From positions 1,088,001 through 1,152,000 of the forward strand of contig CAXVYR010000003.1 in the NCBI GenBank assembly GCA_963666975.2: a stretch of 64,000 nucleotides of DNA. Direction: 5' to 3'. The notes below the pieces were generated by a model that did not search any database, was not told the DNA's origin, and was given only the letters and a program-made list of their open reading frames with translations. Positions 28,815 to 39,457 of the stretch are shown here, in pieces (positions within the stretch are counted from its first letter, which is position 1; every line of letters begins with the position of its first letter). A program made the translations under genes and the position numbers. Origin of the DNA: Terriglobia bacterium. GTDB taxonomy: Bacteria > Acidobacteriota > Terriglobia > 2-12-FULL-54-10.

Positions 28815-30722
28815 TTACTCCCTGATGCCCAGCTTGACGACGGCACGGACCTGCTGATCACCTCTGAGGACCACCACGGGGACTTCGTCGCCCGGACTTT
28901 TGCCGCGCAGGGCATAGGTGAAGTCGTAGAGATTTAGCAACTCGTTTCCGTCAAACTCGACAAGGATATCTCCCGCTTGCAAGCCCGCCTGGGCGGCTGG
29001 GCTGCCTTCCCGGACGTCGGCGAACTTCACGCCCTTGTCACTCTCTCCGAAATCCGGGATGCTCCCGAAATAAGGTCCGTAACCGGTCTCGTCGCCTGCG
29101 CCGCCGCGCGCTCTCCTGCTGCGGCGCACCTGTGTAAACTGCGGCCGCTCGTCCTCAGAGTCGATTTTCCGGACCACGCGGCTGACTAACTCCAGCACAC
29201 GGGCCGTGTTTTCCGGCTCGAGCTTTTCCCAGGTGTCGGAGGGTTTGTGGTAATCGGAGTGCAAGCCGGAGAAGAAGAACATCACCGGCACCTGCTTCCG
29301 GTTAAAAGAGACATGGTCGCTGGCGTCGTATCCGGTGTCAGAAAACTCGATCTGGAAAGCCGCGTCCCGGTTTTCCTGTTCCACATTTTCCTGCTCGACT
29401 AGCTGGCGGAAGCCGGGAGAAGTGCCTACCCCGCCGATATAGAGCTTGTTCTGTTTCACCCTTCCGATCATGTCCAGGTTCAGCATGGCAATCGTGCGGC
29501 CGAGCGGAACCAGAGGTTCTTCCACATAATGGGCCGAGCCCAGCAGCCCCAATTCCTCTCCGGCAAAGGCCAGCAAGAGCAGTGAACGGCGCAACTGGCC
29601 GCGCTCCTCGCCGAACGTGCGGGCCAGCTCCAGCAAGCCGGCGGTGCCGGAGGCATTGTCGTCCGCCCCGTTATGGATTTGGCCCGCCTGGCGGGGCACC
29701 AAGCTGTTCTGCTCTCCCAGGCCCAGGTGGTCGTAATGGGCGCCGATGACGATAACCTCGTCGCGCAAAACAGGATCGCTGCCGGGTAAAAACGCCGCAA
29801 CATTCTTCAGCATCCGCTTGCGGTGCCGCACGTCTGCCCGGATTTTTACCTGGAAGTTGTCCGGCAGAAACGAAGAGCGGGGCGTCAGATCGCCGTCAAT
29901 TGCTTCCTGCAGCTCCAGGAGCGATTTCCCTGCCTCGTCCATCAACTGTTCCACCACTGCTCGCTTGACGTGAACGGCCAGCACCCCCAGGTCGGAGGGG
30001 CCGCCGCCTCTTCCGAACCGCACGAGCCGGTCTTCTTCGCCCTTATGGTAGAGCGGGTCGTTGACCAGCAGCATGGCCACCGCGCCGTGGTTGCGGGCAT
30101 TGATGGCCTTGTTCACCAGCGAGGCATGACGGGTAAAGCGTCTCCCGCTGAAGACGCTGCTCTCGTCTGTCTCCTGCGGCTCATGGCGCAGCACGACCAC
30201 CACCTTCCTCTCAACGTCGATGCCGTCATAGTCATCGTAGCCGTACTCCGGAGCGGTGATTCCATACCCGACAAAGGCCAGAGCGCCGGAGCGCTCCCCG
30301 CTGCCTGACATGCTCAGGGGAATAAAGTGCTGGCGGATTCGGTAAGAGCGGGCCGAAGGAGAAAGCAATGCCAGGCGGTTGTCCGTGCCGAGTTCAGCCC
30401 CCACGTTGGCTTCAAAAGGCTGAAAGGCGCCTTCCGGCAAAACTTCCAGGCCTGCCTTGCGAAATTGCTCTGCGATGTAGACGGCGGCCTCGTCCAACTC
30501 CGGGGTATTATTTCCCCGCCCCTTCAGCCGGTCGCTCGACAAATACTTCGCGTCGGCGAGCCAGCGGTCGCTCTGAACGGAAGTCTCCGCGAGCAGCGCC
30601 CCGTGAAAAACGGCGAGCAGGAGAAGCGCTCGCACCGTCATGGCTAGAATCACGGCAGCAGCTCTGCGCGGTCTCCCCAGCAGGCCGTCGATTGCTGTAT
30701 TTCGCATGAAAGTGATTTTCAA
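28815..30722 (-). CDS. M28-family peptidase with PA and PDZ domains
   Basis: GAHYDHLG, GADDNASG, GEELGLLGS, SDH and YHKPSD motifs; C-terminal PDZ; start uncertain. Confidence 0.9.
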   Translation of the reverse strand: MKITFMRNTAIDGLLGRPRRAAAVILAMTVRALLLLAVFHGALLAETSVQSDRWLADAKYLSSDRLKGRGNNTPELDEAAVYIAEQFRKAGLEVLPEGAFQPFEANVGAELGTDNRLALLSPSARSYRIRQHFIPLSMSGSGERSGALAFVGYGITAPEYGYDDYDGIDVERKVVVVLRHEPQETDESSVFSGRRFTRHASLVNKAINARNHGAVAMLLVNDPLYHKGEEDRLVRFGRGGGPSDLGVLAVHVKRAVVEQLMDEAGKSLLELQEAIDGDLTPRSSFLPDNFQVKIRADVRHRKRMLKNVAAFLPGSDPVLRDEVIVIGAHYDHLGLGEQNSLVPRQAGQIHNGADDNASGTAGLLELARTFGEERGQLRRSLLLLAFAGEELGLLGSAHYVEEPLVPLGRTIAMLNLDMIGRVKQNKLYIGGVGTSPGFRQLVEQENVEQENRDAAFQIEFSDTGYDASDHVSFNRKQVPVMFFFSGLHSDYHKPSDTWEKLEPENTARVLELVSRVVRKIDSEDERPQFTQVRRSRRARGGAGDETGYGPYFGSIPDFGESDKGVKFADVREGSPAAQAGLQAGDILVEFDGNELLNLYDFTYALRGKSPGDEVPVVVLRGDQQVRAVVKLGIRE

Positions 30723-31075
30723 GAGAGAGGACTGACAGGCCGTTCAAAGAAATGCGGGGGAAGCGCCACACCGTTCCGTTCACCGGCTTCGAGCGCCCAA
30801 TCACGACTTTTTAACTCACGGCGATTCCAGGATTCCTGCGCATTGCGGCAGCGGAACGCATATAACAAAATACCGCTCATAATCGTCACCGGAGGGATCA
30901 GCAATACTATGATGCCGAGATTCAGCGCCTGGATGCCTTTGTCGCTTTGGGATGCGGCAGTCGCATAGCACATGGCGCACTGGGCGAGCGCCGGGGCCGA
31001 AGCCGCCCAGAAAGCCGCTGTAACCAGCGCAATCGCCGGGAGCCATTTGCTGATGCGACTGACACTAATCTGCAC
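30719..31075 (-). CDS. Small cox-operon-associated membrane protein with a QCAMC motif
   Basis: AQCAMC after a signal-like helix, then a TM helix; GTG start after AGGAG. Confidence 0.6.
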   Translation of the reverse strand: MQISVSRISKWLPAIALVTAAFWAASAPALAQCAMCYATAASQSDKGIQALNLGIIVLLIPPVTIMSGILLYAFRCRNAQESWNRRELKSRDWALEAGERNGVALPPHFFERPVSPLS

Positions 31076-31109
31076 GGGTCGTTTTCTCCTGTGGTAGCCC
31101 GCTAACCCT

Positions 31110-31424
31110 TTATGGCCACCGCAATTCAAACAATCGGAAACTGTCCGGGAAAAACACAAATAGCAAACACGTCACCATCACCCACATTGGGACCAAGGTC
31201 CAAACTAGACTCGCACTCTCGAACCGCAAGTGCATAAAATAGGCCACAATCAAGGCAGCCTTGATCACCGACAGCCCCATAAGAATAACCAGCATGAGAA
31301 CCACGGAAAGCTGTATATAGGCGAGCACTACCTCCACCATCGTCATGGCCAGCAACGCGGCCCAGACGCTGAGATACAGGCGGGTGCCTCCTTCTGCATG
31401 TCCATTCGCTTGGCTCGCGCTCAT
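31110..31424 (-). CDS. Cytochrome c oxidase subunit IV (prokaryotic)
   Basis: KAALIVAYFMHLRFE motif; three TM helices. Confidence 0.85.
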   Translation of the reverse strand: MSASQANGHAEGGTRLYLSVWAALLAMTMVEVVLAYIQLSVVLMLVILMGLSVIKAALIVAYFMHLRFESASLVWTLVPMWVMVTCLLFVFFPDSFRLFELRWP

Positions 31425-31459
31425 TTACTTTTCTCCTCTTCTGCTGAGCCCCTTACCCA

Positions 31460-32092
31460 TTAGCCCCTATCGACCGACAACAAATACACCAGCGGAAAGA
31501 TGAACATCCAGACCAAATCGACAAAGTGCCAGTACAGCCCGCTGATCTCCACGTGGTCTGCCGTATACCGCCCTCTCTTCAACCCAGCCGCCATGATGCC
31601 GAGGACAATGACTCCAATTGTCACGTGAAGCATGTGCAGCCCGGTCAGCGCCATGAAAGTCCCGCCGAACAAGGGCGCGCCCCAGGGATTTTCAAACGGC
31701 CGCAAGCCTTCGTGGATCAATTCCCTCCACTCGTTCGCGTGCAGGACGAGAAACAGGACGCCTCCCAGTATCGTAAACCAAATCCACCGAACCGCCGAGC
31801 TGACCTTCCCTTCCTTGGCCGCCGCTACGGCCATCACCATAGTGATGCTGCTCGACAGCAGACAAAACGTCATGATGCTGGCGACAATGATGCTCGGCCA
31901 AAAATGAAAGGGCGTGGGCCAATCCTCGCTCGCAACCCGAACGTAGCTGTAGGCGATCAGCATAGTGCCGAAGGTCAGCGCATCGGAGACGATAAAAAGC
32001 CACATCCCCAATTTCTTCGAGGAAATCGCGTAGGGTGAGGTTCCGCCTCCCCACAATGAAGCACCGGCTTGATTTACTCCCGCAGCAGCCAC
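31460..32092 (-). CDS. Cytochrome c oxidase subunit III (second copy)
   Basis: GMWLFIVSD, TGLHMLHV and GLYWHFVDLVW motifs. Confidence 0.88.
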   Translation of the reverse strand: MAAAGVNQAGASLWGGGTSPYAISSKKLGMWLFIVSDALTFGTMLIAYSYVRVASEDWPTPFHFWPSIIVASIMTFCLLSSSITMVMAVAAAKEGKVSSAVRWIWFTILGGVLFLVLHANEWRELIHEGLRPFENPWGAPLFGGTFMALTGLHMLHVTIGVIVLGIMAAGLKRGRYTADHVEISGLYWHFVDLVWMFIFPLVYLLSVDRG

Positions 32093-32097
32093 CTTCC

Positions 32098-32748
32098 TCA
32101 CCTCCAAAACAAAAGCAAACAGAGAATATAAATCCAGAGCCCGTCCATAAAATGCCAGTAAATGGACATCACTTCCACCACCGTTCGCTTGGCCGGTCCC
32201 AGGCGGTAGCGCCAAGCCTCCACGGTAACATAAAGAAGGGCCAGCACTCCGCCCAGCAGGTGCAACCCGTGCGAACCCGTCAGCAGGTAAAAAAACGAGC
32301 TGCTGGGGTTGGTCGCCAAGTAGATCCCCTGGGAGGAAAGCTGATTCCAGACCAGCAGTTGCCCGGCCAAAAAAGCGGCTCCCAACACCGTTGTGACCGA
32401 CAGCCAGCGATTGAATGCTTCCCGCAATCCGCGCTTCAACGCCCGGCGCGCGCGTTCGAGCGTCAGGCTGCTGAGAACAAGCAGCACTGTATTGGCCCAA
32501 AGCAACGGCGGAATCGCAAGCGGTTGCCAGTCATCCGACAGCCCGCTGCGAACGATATAGGCGCTGGTGAAGGCCACGAACAGCATCGTGACGGCCACCA
32601 AAGCCAGCCACATGCCCGTGCGGTACACGCTTTGGCCAACCCCCGGGGAAAAGCCGCCGGGGCCGGAATTACCAAAGCCTCCGGCTGGAAAATTCCCTCC
32701 GCCGCCGAGGGTGGCTTCCGGTCTTTGAGGTGCTACCGTGGTTCCCAT
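32098..32748 (-). CDS. Cytochrome c oxidase subunit III (first copy)
   Basis: TGSHGLHLLGG and YWHFMDGLW motifs. Confidence 0.88.
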   Translation of the reverse strand: MGTTVAPQRPEATLGGGGNFPAGGFGNSGPGGFSPGVGQSVYRTGMWLALVAVTMLFVAFTSAYIVRSGLSDDWQPLAIPPLLWANTVLLVLSSLTLERARRALKRGLREAFNRWLSVTTVLGAAFLAGQLLVWNQLSSQGIYLATNPSSSFFYLLTGSHGLHLLGGVLALLYVTVEAWRYRLGPAKRTVVEVMSIYWHFMDGLWIYILCLLLFWR

Positions 32749-32849
32749 AACTTTCTCAATCTCTTTACTATCTTTATCACTCGCGCTTCCCGCGCGCCGA
32801 TTGCCACAACATTTTCGAGCCAGAGCTTCCGAACATCGGTTAGTGGGGG

Positions 32850-34586
32850 TTAGTCGGGAGCGGTCTGCATCTGATAATCTTCCGCAGCGCCCGGCTTGCC
32901 GTATTCGTAAGCTCCGCGATAAACGATTGGTTCCTTGCCGCCAAAGTTGTCATGGGGAGGCGGAGAGGGAACGGTCCATTCCAGCGTAGTGGAATGCCAG
33001 GGGTTGATGTCGGCTTTGGCTCCCCGGAAGTAGCTCCAGATCAGGTTTATCAGGAACAGGAATTGGGCAGAGATGGTGATGATAGCTGCAATCGTGATGA
33101 ACAAGTGAACCGGATCGAGCGCCGCCAGGAAATCCACCGAGGTGGTATCGGGGTAGCGCCGCGGGTGCCCGGCCATCCCCAGGAAATGCATCGGCATGAA
33201 AATGGCGTAGACGCCGATGAAGGTAAACCCAAAATGGATTTTCCCCATAGTGTCACTCATCATCCGCCCCACCACCTTGGGAAACCAGTAGTAGGTGGCG
33301 CCGAAGATTCCAAAAATCGCCGCCACTCCCATAATCATGTGAAAGTGCCCGACCACGAAGTAGGTATCATGGAAATAAAGGTCCAGCGCGGGCTGGCCCA
33401 GAAAGATGCCGCTCAGGCCTCCGGTCACAAACAGAGAGACAAATCCAATCGCGTAGAGCATCGGCGTCGTGAAGCGGATTGAGCCGCCCCACAGAGTCCC
33501 CAGCCAGTTGAACGTCTTGATGGCGGAAGGAACGCCGATGGCCATGGTCAATACCGAGAAAGCAATGGCGGAGTATGGGCTCATCCCGCTGATGAACATG
33601 TGATGTCCCCAGACGAAGAACCCCAAAAAGCCGATGCCCAGGATGGCGTACACCATCGCCCGGTAGCCGAAGATGGGTTTGCGCGCAAAAGTGGACAGAA
33701 GCTGGGAAGCGACGCCCATGCCCGGCAGGATGGCAATGTAAACCTCCGGATGGCCGAAGAACCAAAACAAGTGCTGCCAAAGCAGCGGGGAGCCGCCCTT
33801 ATGAGAAAGAATCTGTTCGCTGACTACCAAACCGCCCGGGATAAAGAAGCTCGTTCCGGCCGTTCGGTCCAGTATCAGAAGAATCCCGCCCGCCAGAAGG
33901 ACTCCAAAAGCGAGCAAGCCCAGGATCGCCGTCACAAACCATGTCCAGACGGTGAGCGGCATGCGCATCAGAGACATCCCCTTGGCCCGAAGGTCCAAAG
34001 TGGTGGCGATAAAATTCAACGCTCCCATCAAGGCGCCGGCACAGAAGATTGCGAGGCTGGTGATCCACAACGTCTGCCCCAACCCCAGCCCCGGGCCGGC
34101 AACCTCCCCTACGGCGCTGAGCGGCGGATAGGCGGTCCAGCCGGATATGGGCGCTCCGCCGGTCACAAAGAAAGCCGCCAGCATGACCATAAAAGCTAGA
34201 AAGGTCACCCAGAAGGAAAGCATGTTCAGGAACGGAAAAGCCATGTCGGCGGCGCCGATCTGGATGGGAAGAAAGTAATTTCCAAAACCACCTTGCGGGG
34301 CCGTCGTGAGGACGAAAAAAACCATCAAGGTTCCATGCATCGTCATCAGCGCCAGATAGGCTTCCGGCGTCATCACGCCGATTCCAAACGGCAATTCCGC
34401 ATTGGGCCAAGCCAGGCGGAGACGCATGAACAAGGACAGGCCCATGCCCACGAAGACCGCGACCAAAGCCAGCAGGTAATACTGGATCCCGATGACCTTA
34501 TGATCGTAGCTGAAGATGTATTTGCGGATGAAACCCTGCGGAGCCTCGTGGTGAACGGCTGCCGATGCTGCTGCTTCTGCCATCAC
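32850..34586 (-). CDS. ctaD: Cytochrome c oxidase subunit I, A1 type
   Basis: TMHG, WFFGHPEVY, WGHHM and VVGHFH motifs; D-channel DMAFP and K-channel SAIK. Confidence 0.95.
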   Translation of the reverse strand: MMAEAAASAAVHHEAPQGFIRKYIFSYDHKVIGIQYYLLALVAVFVGMGLSLFMRLRLAWPNAELPFGIGVMTPEAYLALMTMHGTLMVFFVLTTAPQGGFGNYFLPIQIGAADMAFPFLNMLSFWVTFLAFMVMLAAFFVTGGAPISGWTAYPPLSAVGEVAGPGLGLGQTLWITSLAIFCAGALMGALNFIATTLDLRAKGMSLMRMPLTVWTWFVTAILGLLAFGVLLAGGILLILDRTAGTSFFIPGGLVVSEQILSHKGGSPLLWQHLFWFFGHPEVYIAILPGMGVASQLLSTFARKPIFGYRAMVYAILGIGFLGFFVWGHHMFISGMSPYSAIAFSVLTMAIGVPSAIKTFNWLGTLWGGSIRFTTPMLYAIGFVSLFVTGGLSGIFLGQPALDLYFHDTYFVVGHFHMIMGVAAIFGIFGATYYWFPKVVGRMMSDTMGKIHFGFTFIGVYAIFMPMHFLGMAGHPRRYPDTTSVDFLAALDPVHLFITIAAIITISAQFLFLINLIWSYFRGAKADINPWHSTTLEWTVPSPPPHDNFGGKEPIVYRGAYEYGKPGAAEDYQMQTAPD

Positions 34587-34645
34587 TTATTTCCTCATTT
34601 TCCTTGTCGCAAATCCCCGTTGCTCACCTTAATTATGACCGGCGC

Positions 34646-35434
34646 TTATTCCATGGCATTGTCGCGGAGCCAATCCTGAAAATCCTCCTCCGACATCACC
34701 AGGAGATAGCTCCTCATTTGAGAGTGCCCCAGTCCGCACAATTCGGCGCAAGGAATTTCATACTGTCCCACAATATTCGCCGTGAAATGAAGAGGGATCT
34801 CCATCCCCGGAACCGCGTCTTGTTTGAGCCGCATCTCCCGCACAAAAAAGCTATGGATCACGTCCTTGGAGCGCAAAATCACCTCCACAGGGCGGTCCAC
34901 GGGCACTGCCATCACCGGCATCACCAAGTCGTCCGTGGCAGCCGGATCGTCAAAATCCAGCCCTAGTGGATTGCCAGCAGATTCATTTATGAATTCCGGC
35001 GAGAGTCGGCCGAAACGGCCATCCGGTCCTGAATAGCGGAAGTTCCATACGAACTGCTGCCCTGTGACCTCGATCTGAATGGCGTCGGCAGGCGACGACT
35101 CCAAATGCACCTGGGCCCAGATGTGCTGGCCGGCCAAGACCAGCCCAATAAACAGAATAGCCGTTGCTAAGGTCCAAATGATTTCCATCTTCGTGTTTCC
35201 ATGGGAATAATGTCCCCGCCCGCCTCGGTCGCGGTAACGAAAGATCACGTAACACAAACCTAGTTGAGCGAAAAAGAAGATGATCCCGGTGACAACCAGC
35301 GTCAGCATGAACTGCTCGTCGTAGGCCGCTCTTTGTTCGGAGATGAGCGGGGGAAACCACCATATTTTCGCCGCGAAGATGTACATGGACACAATGGTAA
35401 TCAGGCTGATCACCAACGCGAGTAAAAACGCCAT
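34646..35434 (-). CDS. ctaC: Cytochrome c oxidase subunit II (CuA, no fused cytochrome c)
   Basis: DVIHSF and CAELCGLGHSQM motifs. Confidence 0.93.
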   Translation of the reverse strand: MAFLLALVISLITIVSMYIFAAKIWWFPPLISEQRAAYDEQFMLTLVVTGIIFFFAQLGLCYVIFRYRDRGGRGHYSHGNTKMEIIWTLATAILFIGLVLAGQHIWAQVHLESSPADAIQIEVTGQQFVWNFRYSGPDGRFGRLSPEFINESAGNPLGLDFDDPAATDDLVMPVMAVPVDRPVEVILRSKDVIHSFFVREMRLKQDAVPGMEIPLHFTANIVGQYEIPCAELCGLGHSQMRSYLLVMSEEDFQDWLRDNAME

Positions 35435-35742
35435 ATTCCCAACTCCAGATTGAACTTGCGAGCGCGTTCCACCTATGTTCCTCGGGTGGGGAACGCCCGG
35501 CAAAAGCAGGAGTGTAACAGCAAACAAAAGTTTTGGAAAGGAGAAAATTCCCCCACCTCTTACTGCGCAGCACAATCCTCACATTCCCTCAAATGCTGCA
35601 AGGAAGCAAGGGGATTGATGCAGATTTAGGGGCACGAACGGCAAAAAAGCATTGGGCTGGATGACAAAGACGGGTAGATTAGGCTAGCTCTGCGGCGTTT
35701 CTGGAGGAAAACCAAAAATTTACGCGGGGTCTCGGGAGGAAT

Positions 35743-37425
35743 ATGGAGTCGTATGCTCTGATAGCCTTGCTGCCTGTCATCTCAGTGATGATCTTCCTAG
35801 TGGTGCTCCGCTGGCCCGCTGTCAAAGCGATGCCGGTGGCTTACGCCGTCACTTTTGTGATCGCTGTGGCTCTCTGGCGCGTCCCCTTGGTTCAGGTCAT
35901 GGCCGCCAGTCTCCGCGGAGCGACCATCGCGGGGACCCTTCTTTGGATTATTTTTGGAGCCGTCCTGCTGCTGTTCACGCTGCGGGAGAGCGGCGCGCTC
36001 AACACCATTCGGCAAGGCTTTCATGGCATCTCCGAGGACCGCCGCATTCAAGCCATCCTGGTGGCGTGGCTTTTCGGGTCTTTCATTGAAGGCGCCGCAG
36101 GTTTCGGGACCCCGGCGGCCGTGGCGGCTCCTCTCCTGCTGGTTCTCGGGTTCCCGGCGCTGGCAGCCGTCATGGTGTCACTGATTATTCAAAGCACGCC
36201 GGTCAGCTTCGGGGCCGTGGGCACGCCGATCCTTGTGGGGATGGGACAATCCTTGAACGTCCCCCAGGTCGAAAATGCCCTGGCGCAGGCGCAGATACCG
36301 TATACGGAATTCATCCAGCAGATTGGAATCTTCGCCGCCATTCCCCACGCCATAATCGGAACGCTAATTCCGCTCGTCATGGTTGCCATGATGACGCGTT
36401 TCTTCGGCCACAGAAGATCATTTCGGGAAGGACTTGAGGTCTGGAAGTTCGCCTGCTTCGCGGGGCTTGCTTTCACGGTTCCTTACGTGGCCGTCGCCAT
36501 TTTTCTGGGGCCGGAATTCCCTTCCCTGCTGGGAGGATTGGCGGGACTGGCAATTGTGGTCCCGGCAGCGCACAAAGGGTTTCTGATTCCCAGCGGCGAG
36601 CCTTGGCAATTCCCGCCGAAACAGGAATGGGAGCCCGAATGGATCGGGTCCATCGCCGCCGGTCCTGACCAAAACCAGGATCACAACCGCCATTCGCTGT
36701 TTCGCGCATGGACACCCTACTTGCTGGTAGCGGCGCTGCTGGTGGTGACCCGGTTGCCGTTTCTTCCTCTGAAAAACTGGCTCACCTCGGTCGAATTCAG
36801 ATGGGCGGACATTCTGGGGACCGGCATGTCGCAGGCGTTCCAACCCTTGTATCTGCCCGGCACCATTTTCGTAATTGTGGCTGCGATGACGATTTGGCTT
36901 CACCGCATGAAGGCGTCTGAAGTGAAAGAAGCATGGCGTGATGCGGCGCACAAACTAGCCGGACCTTCGCTGGCGTTGCTGTTTGCCGTGGGTATGGTGA
37001 GGGTCTTTATCGACTCGGGAGAAAATGGGGCAGGGTTGGAGAGCATGCCGCTGGTAGTGGCGGATGCTGCGGCGCGGCTGGCGGGAGCTGCCTGGCCGTT
37101 CTTCGCTCCCGCCATCGGGGCACTGGGCGCCTTTGTTGCCGGAAGCAATACGGTCAGCGACCTGATGTTCAGCCTGTTTCAGTATGGCGTGGCCGACCGC
37201 ATCGGCGTCCCGCATCTGGTGATTTTGGGATTGCAAGCGGTGGGAGGAGCAGCCGGGAACATGATCGCGGTTCACAATGTCGTCGCCGCCAGCGCAACAG
37301 TAGGATTGGTGGGACGCGAAGGAGCGTTGATCCGCAAGACGATCCTGCCGATGATCTATTACCTGGCGGCGGCAGGTGTCCTGGGCTTGCTGTTTTCTTA
37401 CATAATTTTCCCGCAGGTCTTTTAG
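35743..37425 (+). CDS. L-lactate permease (LctP family)
   Basis: [22 protein letters not shown] and GSNTVS motifs. Confidence 0.9.
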   Translation: MESYALIALLPVISVMIFLVVLRWPAVKAMPVAYAVTFVIAVALWRVPLVQVMAASLRGATIAGTLLWIIFGAVLLLFTLRESGALNTIRQGFHGISEDRRIQAILVAWLFGSFIEGAAGFGTPAAVAAPLLLVLGFPALAAVMVSLIIQSTPVSFGAVGTPILVGMGQSLNVPQVENALAQAQIPYTEFIQQIGIFAAIPHAIIGTLIPLVMVAMMTRFFGHRRSFREGLEVWKFACFAGLAFTVPYVAVAIFLGPEFPSLLGGLAGLAIVVPAAHKGFLIPSGEPWQFPPKQEWEPEWIGSIAAGPDQNQDHNRHSLFRAWTPYLLVAALLVVTRLPFLPLKNWLTSVEFRWADILGTGMSQAFQPLYLPGTIFVIVAAMTIWLHRMKASEVKEAWRDAAHKLAGPSLALLFAVGMVRVFIDSGENGAGLESMPLVVADAAARLAGAAWPFFAPAIGALGAFVAGSNTVSDLMFSLFQYGVADRIGVPHLVILGLQAVGGAAGNMIAVHNVVAASATVGLVGREGALIRKTILPMIYYLAAAGVLGLLFSYIIFPQVF

Positions 37426-37475
37426 TAGTATTGTGAGGTAGTGCCGCGAGACGAGATGCCCTTGGGCGCTCTGAT

Positions 37476-38759
37476 TCACGAACCCAAAGGCAGCAGGTTG
37501 CCGTCGGGATCGAATTTCATCCTCTCCCAGTTGCCCTCGGACTGCAATCTCTCCTCCTTGCCAAGCAAATCTGCGTAAGCCTCCGAGACGGTCAGGTGCT
37601 CCAGCGAAAGCGTATCGGCAATGCGGACGACCCTGGGAGCGCTATTTTCCGGCAGGGCCAGCGAAACCAAGCCTTGAGAAATCGCTTCCCGGTCGGTTTC
37701 AAAATGGATGGGAATTTTGGCGTTCTGCGGGGTCAGCGCCGTCAGCACGTTGATGTAGGTCGTCGGTTTGTCCATGGCCTGAACCATTCGTGTTGTCGTC
37801 AGGTCGGCCAAGCCGATCCCAATCGCGTTTCCCCGCGTCTCGGGGGTCAGCTCGCGTACGAATATGCGGCTGATGTGAGGCCGCCCCTGCCCGCCGCCGG
37901 CAAGCGATGCAGAGTAACCATGCACATGCCTCCCGATAATGTTGGGGTCCATTCCCGTTCCGCTGATGTTTTTTCCGATCCGGTCCACGATCAGCAGGTC
38001 GATCTGGTCGAAAGGCAGCTTCGGCATCAACACCTTGGCCCTGGCGTGCAGTTGCTCTTCGCGGCTCTCCATCTCCTCCGGTTTCAAGAACTCGATCTGG
38101 GCCGTTTCATGGACGGCATCTTCGAGAATCGCCACCCCGCAAAGAATCGGCGCTGACCGAATGATGAGTTGTGAAACCGTTCGGATTACCCGCTCATGGT
38201 CCAGCCGTGCAGACCGCGCATGGCAAGTGGCCGCGCCGACGTGCTTGCCCAGCCCAATCGAGATCATCTTCAGGATGCCGCTGCCGATCGAGGCCTCAAA
38301 ATCGGTGTGCGGCTTCACGCGATTCACCACGATGATGCCGTCCGCGCCGAGTGCTTCGGTGCTGAACCATGCCTCGACCCCGTTCTCGGTGCTGCCCAGG
38401 CTCTTGACCTCCATGGAAGCCTTCACCGGCACGCCCAGCTTCTGCTCGGTGATCCCGAAGGTGGCCAGCAGTTCAGTCTGTCCTTCGGGCGTTGCGCCGC
38501 CGTGCGACCCCATCGCCGGGACGATAAAAGGCTTGCTCCCGGCGGCTTTGAGCAACTCCAGCAGGCAGGAGACGATTTTGTCCAGGTTTCGGATGCCCCG
38601 GCTGCCGACGGCAACTGCGATCCGGCTTCCCTGCTCAATCCGTTCCCCGATTCCCGGAGATCGGAAGCCCTGTTCGATGACGGCGCGGATGTCGAGCGGC
38701 TGAGACTTCGGAAAACGCTGGCGGACTTGAATCATGCGGGGAAAGCTGTCCTGCATCAT
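37476..38759 (-). CDS. LarA-like (lactate racemase N-terminal domain/DUF2088) protein
   Basis: AVGSRGI, PAMGSHGGAT, NRVKPHTDF and GKNISGTGMD motifs. Confidence 0.75.
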   Translation of the reverse strand: MMQDSFPRMIQVRQRFPKSQPLDIRAVIEQGFRSPGIGERIEQGSRIAVAVGSRGIRNLDKIVSCLLELLKAAGSKPFIVPAMGSHGGATPEGQTELLATFGITEQKLGVPVKASMEVKSLGSTENGVEAWFSTEALGADGIIVVNRVKPHTDFEASIGSGILKMISIGLGKHVGAATCHARSARLDHERVIRTVSQLIIRSAPILCGVAILEDAVHETAQIEFLKPEEMESREEQLHARAKVLMPKLPFDQIDLLIVDRIGKNISGTGMDPNIIGRHVHGYSASLAGGGQGRPHISRIFVRELTPETRGNAIGIGLADLTTTRMVQAMDKPTTYINVLTALTPQNAKIPIHFETDREAISQGLVSLALPENSAPRVVRIADTLSLEHLTVSEAYADLLGKEERLQSEGNWERMKFDPDGNLLPLGS

Positions 38760-38788
38760 CAGGCCTCAAAATGCTGCAACGTGAAACG

Positions 38789-38838
38789 GATGACGGAAGA
38801 TGGAAGATGGATGACAGATGACGGTTGATAGATGACGA
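38789..38838. repeat. Degenerate heptamer tandem repeat (GATGACR/GATGGAA)
   Basis: GATGACG GAA GATGGAA GATG GATGACA GATGACG GTT GATA GATGACG. Confidence 0.6.
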
Positions 38839-38882
38839 ATGCCGCCAGCGGCTCACCCTCCAGCCTTCTTCCGTGTAAACCT

Positions 38883-39113
38883 CTACTTTTTCTTTTCCGC
38901 GTTCCAAAGCCCGCGCGAGATGACACGGCCGCAGAACGGACAATAGTTCACCGCCAGATAGGAGACGCGCTCCATCTCCACATTTCGCAGGAAGTACTCC
39001 GAATCAATTTCGTTGAGTATCCGGCCGGCGGGCAAGCGGTGGATCGGGTCGTTCGCCAGAAATTCCAGGTCGAGGGCTTTTTGCATATCCGTACAGCAAC
39101 TGCTTAGGTTCAT
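38883..39113 (-). CDS. Small Cys-rich hypothetical protein
   Basis: CC near the N-terminus and YCPFCG; possible zinc ribbon. Confidence 0.55.
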   Translation of the reverse strand: MNLSSCCTDMQKALDLEFLANDPIHRLPAGRILNEIDSEYFLRNVEMERVSYLAVNYCPFCGRVISRGLWNAEKKK

Positions 39114-39457
39114 GCTGGAGAGTTTATACGAAGCAGAGGCAGGCTGTCACCCCGGATAGCTAGCAGCTACCGCGCCGCCGCCCTCTAGCAATTATTACCG
39201 CCCCGAAGGCACGCGGCGCTTTAAGTCTTGAATCCGAGCCGCGTGCGCCTGTCCCGCCTGCCCTGAGCGGAGTCGAAACGATCCGTCCCTGTGGGCATCC
39301 TCTAAAAAGTAGTGGCAGGCGCCGCTCGCTCCCCGCTGCCTCTGCTTGATCGGCTCATCAAACAGGGCCGCCAAAGAGAAGGAGGCGTCTCCCGTCATGT
39401 GCTGTCCTATATTGCTATTCTCAACGATTGACCTGCCCCCGGTTATTGGTCCACTAT

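Noticed and set aside
38789-38838. Heptamer repeat as a coding or functional locus
   Set aside because: Short degenerate intergenic repeat with no associated gene recognised
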